DNA of 64,000 nucleotides. Origin: Candidatus Dojkabacteria bacterium (GTDB lineage: Bacteria > Patescibacteriota > Dojkabacteria > SC72). Made by a program: the position numbers and the translations under genes. Where the stretch lies: NCBI GenBank assembly GCA_040765985.1, contig JAXGRK010000001.1:72513-136512 (forward strand), read 5' to 3'. Positions 52,779-62,742 of the stretch are shown piece after piece. Under the pieces are notes generated by a model that saw only the letters and a program-made list of their open reading frames with translations, searched no databases and was not told the origin of the DNA. The stretch's first letter is position 1; every line of letters starts with the position of its first letter.

Positions 52779-53930
52779 TTATTTAATTGCCTTTAATATC
52801 TCTTCAACAGCTTTATCACCAATACCTCCCAAAGCTAATAGCTCATCTTTTGTTTTACCAACCAAATCATCTAATGTATTAAGTCCTGATACTTTTAATG
52901 CTTTCTCTATTCTAGCAGAAAGACCCAAATCCTCAATCTTTTTAGAATTAACTTCTGCCTTTACTGCCTCTGCCGCTGCAAAATCTTCATCTAAGTTCTT
53001 CTCTTTCTTTAATACTCTAACTACTCCAGTTGTTGCAACTGTTGCTTTACCCTCTCTCATTGCCTTCATTCTTAACCTCTCCTCCTCTTCCATTTTCTCT
53101 TCTCTTTCTCTTTCCTGTTTTGATCTTAGTTTCATACTATCTAAATTGGCATAATGATTCTTTCTAAGTGCAACTAATGCTTGAGATTTTTTACCCTGTT
53201 TTACGATATCACCAAAAAGATTAACATAAAGGTTAATACTCTTTAATGAATCATCATTTGCTGGTATAGGGTACTCTACTAAGTCAGGATCACAGTTTGT
53301 ATCTATCAAAGCGATAATTGAAACACCAGAGATGTTTGCCTCATTGATAGAATTTTTCTCTACCATACTGTCAATCACTATCAAGAATTTAGGAAGTTCG
53401 TCCATAAATTTGATCCCTTCATATATCTTGTTTAACCTTTCTACATTCTTTTGCATTAAAAGAATCTCTTTTTTAACAAGACCCTCACCGCCTGATGCTA
53501 ATTTCTCTTCCATTTTTACTAAGTCTGCGACACTAGATTTGATTGCATCAAAATTAGTAAAAAGACCCCCTGGCCATCTTTTAATAATGTAGAAAGCACC
53601 AACATCTTTAGCCATTTTCTCAATTATTCCTGCTGCTTGACCTTTTGTACCAACAATGAGAACATTACCCTTGTCTACAACTTTAGCTAATTCATCTAAA
53701 GCAACAGTAAGTAATTTTCTACTTTTTACAACATCAATAATATGAATTCCATTCCTAACTTCATATATATATTTCTTCATCTTAGGATTCCAAGCTCAAT
53801 GCTTATGTCCAAAATGTGCACCTGCTTGAAGAAATGTTAATAACTCTGGAATCTCTGTTTTATAGCTTTTATTTTCTGGCTCAGCTTTAGGAGTTTCAAC
53901 CTTTTTTAAGACCTCTTTTGTTTTTTCCAT
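52779..53930 (-). CDS. rpsB: 30S ribosomal protein S2 with in-frame TGA (53796-53798) and a C-terminal coiled/HhH (RpoA alpha-CTD-like) extension
   Basis: ATG at 53930 gives MEKTKEV...[36 protein letters not shown] in one frame. S2 core follows. Tail LGLSARIEKALKVSGLNTLDDLVGKTKDELLALGGIGDKAVEEILKAIK. Confidence 0.85.
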
Positions 53931-54059
53931 AATGATTTTTTCCTTTTGTCACCTATCTCTATGGGTAGAAATATATTCTATCCAGGAAATATTTAGAGAT
54001 ATGCGAGATATATTAAATACGGCTTTGATTATATATCCCTCTATCATATTTATCAACCC

Positions 54060-54695
54060 CTAGAGAGTAATACTTTTCCAATTCCCCTGCCCTATTACAA
54101 TATGATCTAAAAGCTGTATACCAACAAGCTCCAAACCGTCATTAATGCTCTTTGTCAAAGTAACATCCTCTTGGCTTGGTGTACTATCTCCAGATGGATG
54201 GTTGTGTGCAAGTATTACAAACGCACTGTTGTTAACAACCGCAGTATACAAAACTTCTCTTGGAGAAAGGTTTGCACAATTTAAAGAACCAAGTGCAATA
54301 CTCTCTCTGGATATTAATTCAAACCTAGAATTAAGGCATACAATATCTACTCTCTCTCTTTTAAGGGTAGACATGTCTTTGAGTATTTCATAGGCACTTT
54401 GAGAATCCGTTATCCTAACAATCTCTTTATCAAACATACCATACACTCTTTTACCCAACTCTATACCAGCAATTACTCTCATAGCTACAACTTCTCCAAC
54501 ACCCTCTTTTTCTGTTAACTTCTTAATACTTAGTAGCTCGCCCTCTTTAACAGAATCTTTGATAACTCTCATTACAGATTTAGATATCTGTTTAAAACTC
54601 CTACCCTTAATACCACTACCTACTAGTATTTCAATTAATTCCATATCTGAAAGTACAGATATACCACTTTTAAGTAGTTTCTCTCTTGGAAGCAT
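54060..54695 (-). CDS. radC: RadC-like JAB-domain protein
   Basis: MLPREKLLKSGISVLSDMELIEILVGSG HhH N-terminus. JAB motif AHNHPSGDSTPSQEDVTLT. Confidence 0.85.
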   Translation of the reverse strand: MLPREKLLKSGISVLSDMELIEILVGSGIKGRSFKQISKSVMRVIKDSVKEGELLSIKKLTEKEGVGEVVAMRVIAGIELGKRVYGMFDKEIVRITDSQSAYEILKDMSTLKRERVDIVCLNSRFELISRESIALGSLNCANLSPREVLYTAVVNNSAFVILAHNHPSGDSTPSQEDVTLTKSINDGLELVGIQLLDHIVIGQGNWKSITL

Positions 54696-54733
54696 TGAAA
54701 AATATTAAACTAAATATATTAAAAAGTCTTGAA

Positions 54734-56824
54734 CTAACTCTTCTTAACCTCTTTTTTAATATATTTACAATTAGGATATCCACTACAACCCTTAAACATC
54801 TTACCCCATTTACTTCTTCTTTCAACTAAATGATTACCACACTCAGGACATTTCTCCTTAAGAAGTAAAGGTACGGTTCCCTTACACTCAGGATACTTCT
54901 CACATGCCCAGAACTTTCCGTACTTACTGTTTTTAAGAATCATTTTTGATTCACACTTAGGACATTTCTCTACTTTAAGATATTTATCAAAATCTAAATT
55001 ATCACTACCCCTTCTAAATCCTTCATACCCTTACACTCAGGAAATTTAGAACAGCTAAAAACTTTCCATATCTACCTAGTCGAACAACCATAGGTCCCCT
55101 ACACTCAGACACTTTCATCTGATTTACTCAGTATTACGACATCATCCTTGCTCCATCCTTGTTTGCTCTCTCAATATCTTTAATCAAAGGTTTGTACTGA
55201 GTATCCATGAATGGAACATACTCTACTTTACCCTTAGCAATCTCATCTAATATATCCTCAACATTAGCTGTATATTTGTAATCTACTAGATCCTCAAAAT
55301 TCTTTTTAAGAAAATGTGTAACTACCCTACCAATATCTGTTGGAAGTAAAAATTTACCATCCCTTGTTACATACTCGCGAGCTTGAATGGTAGAGATAAT
55401 GGTTGCGTATGTAGATGGTCTACCTATACCAAGTGACTCTAACTTTTTAACTAAGGATGCCTCTGTATATCTAGCTGGTGGTTGAGTAAATTTTTGCTCC
55501 ACCACAAACTTAACTTTTTCGAATGTGTCATCTTTTTTAACATTTGATATCTCTTGAAGTAATTCATTCTCATCTTTACTATTCCCATATATTACTCTAA
55601 AGCCGTCAAATATGGTTTTCTGAGCACCTACTGAAAATGTATAAATATTTTTTAGTTTCTTAACTGGTTCAAAATATATACTACCCTACTCTCTTCTCTC
55701 TCATCTGAGATGAAACAGCTCTTTTCCATATCAAAGAGTAAAGTTTGCTCATCATTACCAAGTTTAAGTTATTTACTCAAATCTAGCGAGAAGTCAGTTG
55801 GCCTAATTGCCTCGTGTGCCTTCTGAGCGTTCTGTATTTCTGTTTTTAAAAAACCTTGGAGAATCAGGTAGGTACTCTTTACTGTAATCTTTTAATATTA
55901 CACCCCTAATCTCATCTATTGCCTTGTTTCCTCAAATATACAGAGTCTGTTCTCATATATGTAATATGTCCTGATTGATACAATCTCTGGGCTAAAGCCA
56001 TGGTCCTTTTTGCACTAAAACCTAATACATTGTTAGCAACTGTTGAAGTGTAGATGTAGTAAGGAGGATATGGATTTTCTTAATCTCTTTTTTACAATAT
56101 CTACTACCTTGTAATCACTCTCTCCTAAGCTATCTTTAATATCCTTAACCTCTGTTTCATTCTTTGGAACATATTTCTTACCATCTTTTCTAAGTAGTTT
56201 GATAACGAGATGCTCTTTCTTTTTAACCTCAACTAAAAAATCCCAGTACTCTTCTGGTTTAAACGCTTCAATATCCTCTTCTCTTTCTACAATTCAATTC
56301 CATACAAATAGATTGTACTCTACCAGCAGAAAGTCCATACCAAATCTTTTTTTTCCAAAGAAGTTCTGAAAGCTTGTATCCAAACAATCTGTCTAGTACT
56401 CTTCTTGCCTTCTGTGCTTCCAACTAGATTTCATTAACAACCGTTGGCTTTTTAATTGCCTCTAATACTGCGTCTTTAGTAATCTCATGGAAAGTAACTC
56501 TTTTAATACTCTTTGCCTTAAGAAACTCTTTAACATGCCAAGCAATTGCCTCTCCCTCCCTATCAGATCCATTGCTAAGAATATTTCCATTTTTGGAGTT
56601 GCCTTTTTTAAATCCTTAAGTATCTTTGCTTTACCATATATCGTTTCAAACAAAGGTTTATACCCATTCTCTACATCAACACCCAGTTTACTTTTAGGTA
56701 AATCTATTACATGACCAACAGTAGCCATTACTTTGTAATCAGTTCCTAGGTATTTGTTAATGGTCTTCGCCTTTGCAGGAGACTCCACTATCAATAGATT
56801 GTTGTAACTAATGCTTTTTGCCAT
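54734..56824 (-). pseudogene. topA: DNA topoisomerase I, heavily frame-disrupted between about 54.95 and 56.46 kb
   Basis: Toprim [18 protein letters not shown], active-site region QPPARYTEASLVKKLESLGIGRPSTYA, C-terminal Zn ribbons CPECGNHLVERR..CSGYPNCKY. Only 3 pieces are 60 aa or longer out of about 700 codons. Confidence 0.9.
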
Positions 56825-56924
56825 ACTTCAACGTTAAAATACACAATACTTAAATATATGTCAAACAAACACATTTGTATATATTACAATTTTAATATGA
56901 AAAAATCTTTAACTTTACTTAACA

Positions 56925-58905
56925 AAACCGTTAGTAACCATCCAAGATATCATTTCTTTCATTACAGCAGTTGCGTTAGAACTTGTACCACCATCTTCTA
57001 ACAGTAAAGAGAAGGAATATTTAGGATTTTCATAAGTGAAAACCAGTAACCCAAGCGTGTATCCTCGTATATACCTTTACTGTTTACCTTTCCAAATTCT
57101 GCAGTACTAGTTTTTGCAGCAACTGTTGTACCTGTTGCAGATAGTGTTTTTGCAATAATTTTTGTTTAAATCGCTTCCCACATACCTCTTTTTACAATAT
57201 CTAGTGTCTGTTGAGACAATATTTTTCCTCATCGGAGCATGTCTTCGATTGGATATTCAAATCCTTTTTCATCAACAAATTTCTTTCCAACATGAGGCGT
57301 ATTTAATGTTCCACCATTTGCAATTGCTGCTACCCAATTAGACATCTGGATAGTAACGAGGTAACACTTCGCCTTATCACAGAGTTGCATGAATCACCTC
57401 TGATACCATATCGGTTCTAGCCAGGACTAGATGTTTTTGCAAGCTCAATTTTGTTTTCTGAGAAGGTAATCTCCTTTCATTTTCCAGGAATATCAATTCC
57501 AGCATATTCACCAATCCCAAAGGATTCTAAATACGGTACTAATTCATTCATAATTCCAATCTCGTATCATCTCACAAAAAGATATTTGAAGATACCATGA
57601 GAGCACTAGTAACATTTAGTGTCTCATATGCATGATTTCTAACTCTTGAAAAGGTAATCATTTGAAAAGGTAGCCCGGACCTACTTATATGCTGTATTTT
57701 TAGATATTGTACCCGAACCGGTTCCGCAGATGCAACAACCGTCTTAAAGGTAGAACCTGGTGGAAGTTGAGCTGCTATAGCTCTATCAAGTAATGGGTTT
57801 CTCTTATCATTTATTAAGGATGTGTAATCTTTCTGAGAGATACCATTTACAAACAGATTATTATCAGTATGAAGGGTAGCTAACCATTGCTAATATATCA
57901 CCTGTTTTTACATCTTGAATTATACCTGTACCTCTCCAGCAGCAGAGACCTTTATCACTGAGTTTTGTATAAGGTCATAAAATTTCTTTGAAGATCCGTA
58001 CTTATTGTTAAATATAAGCTATATCCAGAGACCGGTTGGCTTAGTGTATACGGCTGATCAGATATACTTCTCCCAAAAACGTCGACTTCCTCCGCTATTC
58101 GACCATCTTTACCATGTAATTTCGCTTCATAATATCGTTCTACACCTGATTTCCCAACAATATCGCCATTGGAAAGAGTATTAAATTTGTCCAAATCTTG
58201 TTGAGATACTTCCCCAGTATATCCTAAGATATGACTGTATATATCTTTATATACATAGCTTCTTTTACTCCCATCATCAATTGATATACCTTTTAATTCA
58301 TCTCCAAAAGATTTAATTTTTATGAGAGTGTCATTATCCAAATCTTTAGCCAAAAGAATCTTACTAATGTAAGGGTTTTTATTGTATATGGAAAAAACCC
58401 TATCCGAAATAGAGGTGTAAGAAGTTCCATCTGGTTCATCACTCTTCCAATTATCTTTTAATATACCCTCCAGGGTATTTAATACCTCTGAGAGCCCTTC
58501 GTTGTCAAGGCCATCCTCTTTGTAGAATTTGTCTATTGAGATATATACATCACTAGAGGGAGTATTTTCGACCAATTTCTGACCGTTTGAGTCAAATATT
58601 ACACCTCTATATGTTTTTATCGATGTTATTCTAACTTTATTCTTCAGAGATCTTTCTAGCATCTCTTCTCCTTCAATTATCTGTAATTTAGCAATATTAA
58701 AAATCAGTACACCAAAGATAACGAAAAACATTAAAAACGCATAAATAAAATTCCAACCAGATATACTTAACCCCTTCTCACTTTCCATTATGTGCTTGGA
58801 TATAATCTTTTTCCTATCAACCGACTTCCTGTTACCGCCCTTTTTCAAAATCGGCTTGTGCATTCTCTTACTATCTAATTTTTTATCAAATTCTACTTTA
58901 GCCAT
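56925..58905 (-). pseudogene. mrdA: penicillin-binding protein 2 (MrdA); N-terminal 316 aa intact, transpeptidase domain (56.93-57.95 kb) riddled with frameshifts and stops
   Basis: TM plus PBP-dimer domain ORF. My translation of the remainder recovers DVKTGDILAMVSYPSY, PPGSTFKTVVA (SxxK) and the terminal ...EDGGTSSNATAVMKEMISWMVTNGFVK* in shifting frames. Confidence 0.8.
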
Positions 58906-58913
58906 CTATTCTT

Positions 58914-59408
58914 TTAACTTAATCTTAATACTTTGCTGTTTCGCTCACTTCTAATAGATTTAACAAACCTATCTACAAATACACATATCAATGTTGAAAC
59001 TAAACTACAAATAATGATTTCAATTATTCTACCAAGAGATATCTCTGTAAAAATACCCTCTTGAAATAGAGAGGAAACAAGGGGAATCAGAATATAGTAT
59101 AAGGTAATAAAAAGGAATACCCCTATATACCCACTAATACTATCTCTGTGAACAAATAACCAAAATATGTCTGTAAACATTAGAAGCACTACTATTACAA
59201 TTAAATGTACCCCAAGTGGAACATGTAGTACTGTATCCAAAATAATCCCAAACAAAGTTATGAACGAATAAAAGAAGATGTCATCAACCCTTTTCCATAA
59301 TGATATTGTAATAATAATAAATATCGAGAAGGAAAATACCCGAAGAAATAAACTCTCTAAAAAGAGTGATAGAAAAAGCAATATTATTCCCAACAGTATT
59401 TTAATCAT
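58914..59408 (-). CDS. mreD: rod shape-determining protein MreD (by position and topology)
   Basis: 164-aa, 5-TM protein between mreC and PBP2. Confidence 0.6.
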   Translation of the reverse strand: MIKILLGIILLFLSLFLESLFLRVFSFSIFIIITISLWKRVDDIFFYSFITLFGIILDTVLHVPLGVHLIVIVVLLMFTDIFWLFVHRDSISGYIGVFLFITLYYILIPLVSSLFQEGIFTEISLGRIIEIIICSLVSTLICVFVDRFVKSIRSERNSKVLRLS

Positions 59409-59410
59409 AG

Positions 59411-60232
59411 CTATTCAATATTTACATAAACAGTTATTATATTCGAGTAATCAAAAATAGGTGATACATATCCGGTTTTATATGTAGAGGCAGGGTTTTT
59501 TGAAAGCCCTAATAAAGTACCAATTATCAATATATCCCCCACTCTCTCATCTCTAATTAAAACAGTATCCCCATCTAAAACATTTGAGTTGATACCCATA
59601 TTCTCTATTTTAATATTATCGATACTCCCTATTACGACACCATTTGATTTAATTAAATTATCAACCCTATTATCCTTATTTAAATCAATATCAGAAGGAA
59701 TTACAACTACTTCATAGCTGCTCGAATTGTTGTATGGAAGCCGTATTAGAGATGAATTTTGACCAACATCGGATACCGTTCCAATAAAAACTTTACCCAA
59801 AACCACTGTATCATTCTTCTTTACACCGTCATCTTTCCCCCTGTTTATTATCAAATTACCCTCTTTCGTATAATTAAGTATCTGGGCTTTTAAATATTTT
59901 TTCTCAGGAATAATTAGAGATGAATTTTCTTTTAAAGATAAGTATTCTTCATAGTCAATTAACTTCTCTGCATTTTCAATCTTTAATTTCGCGTTCTCCT
60001 CTTTCATCTCCTTATACTCTTTAATATATGAAGATGCATTGAGCAATGCATTTTTCCACTCACTAATACCCTCCCCCGCATCATTACCAAAAACTTATAC
60101 TGGATTTAAAATATATGAGAAAGGATACTTAATACTATCCCCAAGAAAAGATTGGCCTATTAAAACCAATACTATACAAAAAAGTAGGTATATGAATCGA
60201 GTATAATTTTTAATGTGATTATCTTTTTTCAA
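59411..60232 (-). CDS. mreC: rod shape-determining protein MreC with in-frame TAA at 60095-60097
   Basis: TTG at 60232 gives (M)KKDNHIKNYTRFIYLLFCIVLVLIGQSF (TM)...ILNPV-TAA-VFGNDAGEGISEWKNALLNASSY in the same frame as the 211-aa ORF. Coiled coil plus beta-barrel core. Confidence 0.8.
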
Positions 60233-60243
60233 AATAGAAAAGC

Positions 60244-61299
60244 TTAAATAATCTCTTCCCAAGATCTTTGGACCCTCTCCAATAAATCTATATGGTCAAG
60301 CATCTTCGCGGTACCCTTAGCCACAGTCGCCATAGGTTCATCAACAATATTGATTGGGATATTTAGTTCTCCTCTCCAATACGAATCTAATCCTCTAATT
60401 AAAGCTCCACCACCTGCAACATATACTCCATCATTAAATATGTCTTTTAGTAATTCAGGAGGTGTATCTTCAATTGCATCTTTAACTGCGTCGGTAATCT
60501 GTGTAAGAGAAACACTTATGGCTTCCCTAACTTCAATACTTGAGAATTTAATAGATTTAGGTAAACCAGTAAGAAGATCTCTACCCTGAAGCATTACCTC
60601 CTTCTCTTCTTTAAGGGGGGCAGCAGAACCAATCTCTATCTTAATATCTTCTGCACTTCTCTCACCTATTAGAATATTGTATTTCTCTCTAACATAATCA
60701 ACTATATCTTGATTCATCTCATCGCCTGCAACTCTAATTGTATTATCTACAACAATATCACCTAAAGATAAAACGGCTATACCTGTAGTTCCACCTCCAA
60801 TATCAACTATCATACTTCCAGATGCCTCTTCTATCGGTAATCCTGCACCTATCGCAGCTGCCATAGTTTCTTCTACAATAAATACTTCTCTTGCACCTGC
60901 TGTTTTTGCAGCATCAATAACGGCTTGTCTTTCTACCTCAGTGACAGAAGATGGTACTCCAACAACAATCCTTGGTCTTGGAATCTTAAAGCCCTTTATG
61001 TAATTAATATGAGCACTCTTTATAAAATGATGAATCATTGCCTGGGTAGTATCAAAATCTGAAACAACCCCATCTTTAAGAGGCCTTACAGCTACGATAT
61101 TGGCAGGAGTTCTTCCAATCATCTCTCTTGCATCTTTACCTACTGCTAAAACTTGCTTGTTCCTTTTATCTATAGCTACAACAGATGGTTCTGATACAAC
61201 AATTCCCTCACCTCTTAGATATACAATTGTATTAGCAGTACCTAGATCCATTCCTAGATCGTAAGTAAACATCTCCCAGATTGAATTGAGCTTAAACAT
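60244..61299 (-). CDS. mreB: rod shape-determining actin homologue MreB
   Basis: DLGMDLGTANTIVY, VVGVPSSVTEVERQAV, DIGGGTTGIAVLS, GGGALIRGLD. ATG at 61299 preferred over the upstream GTG. Confidence 0.95.
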   Translation of the reverse strand: MFKLNSIWEMFTYDLGMDLGTANTIVYLRGEGIVVSEPSVVAIDKRNKQVLAVGKDAREMIGRTPANIVAVRPLKDGVVSDFDTTQAMIHHFIKSAHINYIKGFKIPRPRIVVGVPSSVTEVERQAVIDAAKTAGAREVFIVEETMAAAIGAGLPIEEASGSMIVDIGGGTTGIAVLSLGDIVVDNTIRVAGDEMNQDIVDYVREKYNILIGERSAEDIKIEIGSAAPLKEEKEVMLQGRDLLTGLPKSIKFSSIEVREAISVSLTQITDAVKDAIEDTPPELLKDIFNDGVYVAGGGALIRGLDSYWRGELNIPINIVDEPMATVAKGTAKMLDHIDLLERVQRSWEEII

Positions 61300-61374
61300 A
61301 TTAGAACAAGACCATCTTAATTGAGATGATTTTACCACTAATATTCACTCTATACGAGGAAAAAATATATACAG

Positions 61375-61589
61375 TTATTTTTCTGCTTCTACTTTAAGTT
61401 TTTTATAACACTTCATACACACATAAATACTTTGAATATCCCTTCTACATCAACTTTAACCTTTCTAAGATTGGGCTTAAACACTCTTTTACTTTTAGGT
61501 GCCTTAAACCTCCATCCAATGGAGTGATGATGCTGGATTCTTTTTCCAGCGGTTGTAGATTTTCCACACAATTCACATACTTTTGCCAT
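61375..61589 (-). CDS. rpmB: 50S ribosomal protein L28, frameshift near 61415-61425
   Basis: Not in the ORF track (58 codons). Own translation gives MAKVCELCGKSTTAGKRIQHHHSIGWRFKAPKSKRVFKPNLRKVKVDVEGIFKV, then a frame change restores YVCMKCYKKLKVEAEK*. Confidence 0.8.
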
Positions 61590-61660
61590 TTCTTTTAATT
61601 GAATATCTATTAGCTAAGTGATATTATCAAAAAGATTTCTATTTATCAAGTTTAATATAC

Positions 61661-62284
61661 ATGTTTTCTATATCACAAGATTTTATATATTGGATAGCAG
61701 TTGCAATCCCCTCTATTTTGATTGCTTCCACTGTACATGAATATGCACACGCATACTCTGCATTTAAACTTGGAGACCCAACAGCAAAAGCAGAGGGAAG
61801 ATTAACTCTTAATCCACTAAAACATATAGATCCAATAGGGGCACTATCTATGATTATATTTAGGTTCGGATGGAGTAAACCAGTACCTATCAATGAGTAT
61901 AACTTTGAAAAAAGAGAGATATATACAGCACTTACAGCGCTAGCTGGTCCTGTATCTAATCTAATTCTTGCCTCTTTAACAGGACTTCTCAACTACATTT
62001 TAGATTTAGACCCCGATTCTCTTATAGTATTTCTGCTATATATATTTACAACTATAAATATTGCTTTGGCTATCTTTAATCTAATACCCATCCCACCTTT
62101 AGATGGACATAAGGTTGTAAGAGCACTACTTCCTAAAAAACTTAGATACTATTGGGAACAACTAGAAAAATACTCTTTAGTGCTAATCTTACTCGTAATA
62201 CTTCCGTTTTCTCCCTTCCAAAAATTCGTTTTCTCTTTTATTAGTAACACACTTGATACGTTGCTGCGTATTTTAGGGTTCTAA
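61661..62284 (+). CDS. site-2 protease family (M50) membrane metalloprotease
   Basis: HEYAHAYSAFKLGDPTAKAEGRLTLNPLKHIDPIGAL and NLIPIPPLDGHKV. Confidence 0.8.
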   Translation: MFSISQDFIYWIAVAIPSILIASTVHEYAHAYSAFKLGDPTAKAEGRLTLNPLKHIDPIGALSMIIFRFGWSKPVPINEYNFEKREIYTALTALAGPVSNLILASLTGLLNYILDLDPDSLIVFLLYIFTTINIALAIFNLIPIPPLDGHKVVRALLPKKLRYYWEQLEKYSLVLILLVILPFSPFQKFVFSFISNTLDTLLRILGF

Positions 62285-62289
62285 TTTCT

Positions 62290-62318
62290 TTGATAAATGT
62301 AAAGATTTATTATAAAAT
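62290..62318 (+). promoter_or_regulatory. candidate promoter TTGATA-N17-TAAAAT driving the structured RNA / tRNA cluster
   Basis: -35 at 62290-62295 and -10 at 62313-62318, read directly. Confidence 0.35.
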
Positions 62319-62323
62319 ATACT

Positions 62324-62464
62324 GTCCCAGTTGGACATAGAGGTTCGTAGCTCCACAACCATTAATTGGGAGTCTCGAAATCGCTTAGGCCCTTGGGTTT
62401 AAGTTGAGAGGCCCCACCTTATATGGAAGAGCTCTACGATCCCTCTCCGACTGGGGCGTCTTTT
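62324..62464 (+). ncRNA. unclassified ~140-nt rod-like structured RNA candidate
   Basis: GC-rich island in AT-rich DNA. 12-bp closing helix GTCCCAGTTGGA (62324-62335) / TCCGACTGGGGC (62446-62457) followed by GTCTTTT. Internal helices AGAGG/CCTCT, CGTAG/CTACG, TCTC/GAGA. Apical 8-bp hairpin CTTAGGCC-CTTG-GGTTTAAG. Confidence 0.35.
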
Positions 62465-62509
62465 ATTGACTATCCATTACATATATATTAAACTTGCTTT
62501 CAATATACT

Positions 62510-62586
62510 GCCGAAGTAGCTCAGTTGGTCAGAGCAACTGTTTTGTAAACAGTAGGTCGAGAGTCCGAATCTCTCCTTCGGCTCCA
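62510..62586 (+). tRNA. tRNA-Thr (anticodon UGU), CCA encoded, atypical T-loop TCCGAAT
   Basis: Acceptor GCCGAAG/CTTCGGC, anticodon stem ACTGT/ACAGT with loop TTTGTAA, T stem GAGAG/CTCTC. Confidence 0.9.
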
Positions 62587-62588
62587 CT

Positions 62589-62671
62589 GCAGAGGTGGCG
62601 GAGCGGTCAAACGCATCGGACTGTAAATCCGACTCCTTCGGGATACACTGGTTCAAATCCAGTCCTCTGCA
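62589..62671 (+). tRNA. tRNA-Tyr (anticodon GUA), long variable arm, CCA not encoded
   Basis: Acceptor GCAGAGG/CCTCTGC, anticodon stem TCGGA/TCCGA with loop CTGTAAA, variable arm TCC-TTCG-GGA, T arm ACTGG-TTCAAAT-CCAGT. Starts 2 nt after the preceding CCA. Confidence 0.9.
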
Positions 62672-62742
62672 TTCTTAACTGTTTCCAAATTTCTTTTGAT
62701 GATATACTTTACATATATTTAAGATATATATAATTTTAAAAA

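Noticed and set aside
54888-55112. Three direct repeats of about 17-20 nt (cccttacactcagga...) that could suggest a repeat array.
   Set aside because: They lie in the topA 3' region on the coding strand's complement and correspond to the repeated C4 zinc-ribbon modules (C-x-E/K-C...C-x-x-C) of topoisomerase I. They are protein-level repeats, not CRISPR or a mobile element.
62324-62464. Identification of the rod-like RNA as SRP (4.5S) RNA.
   Set aside because: The end-paired hairpin shape fits. However, the conserved helix-8 elements (GNRA/GGAA loop flanked by the AGGxCAGG and AGCAGC strands) are absent and the apical loop is CUUG. It is left unclassified.
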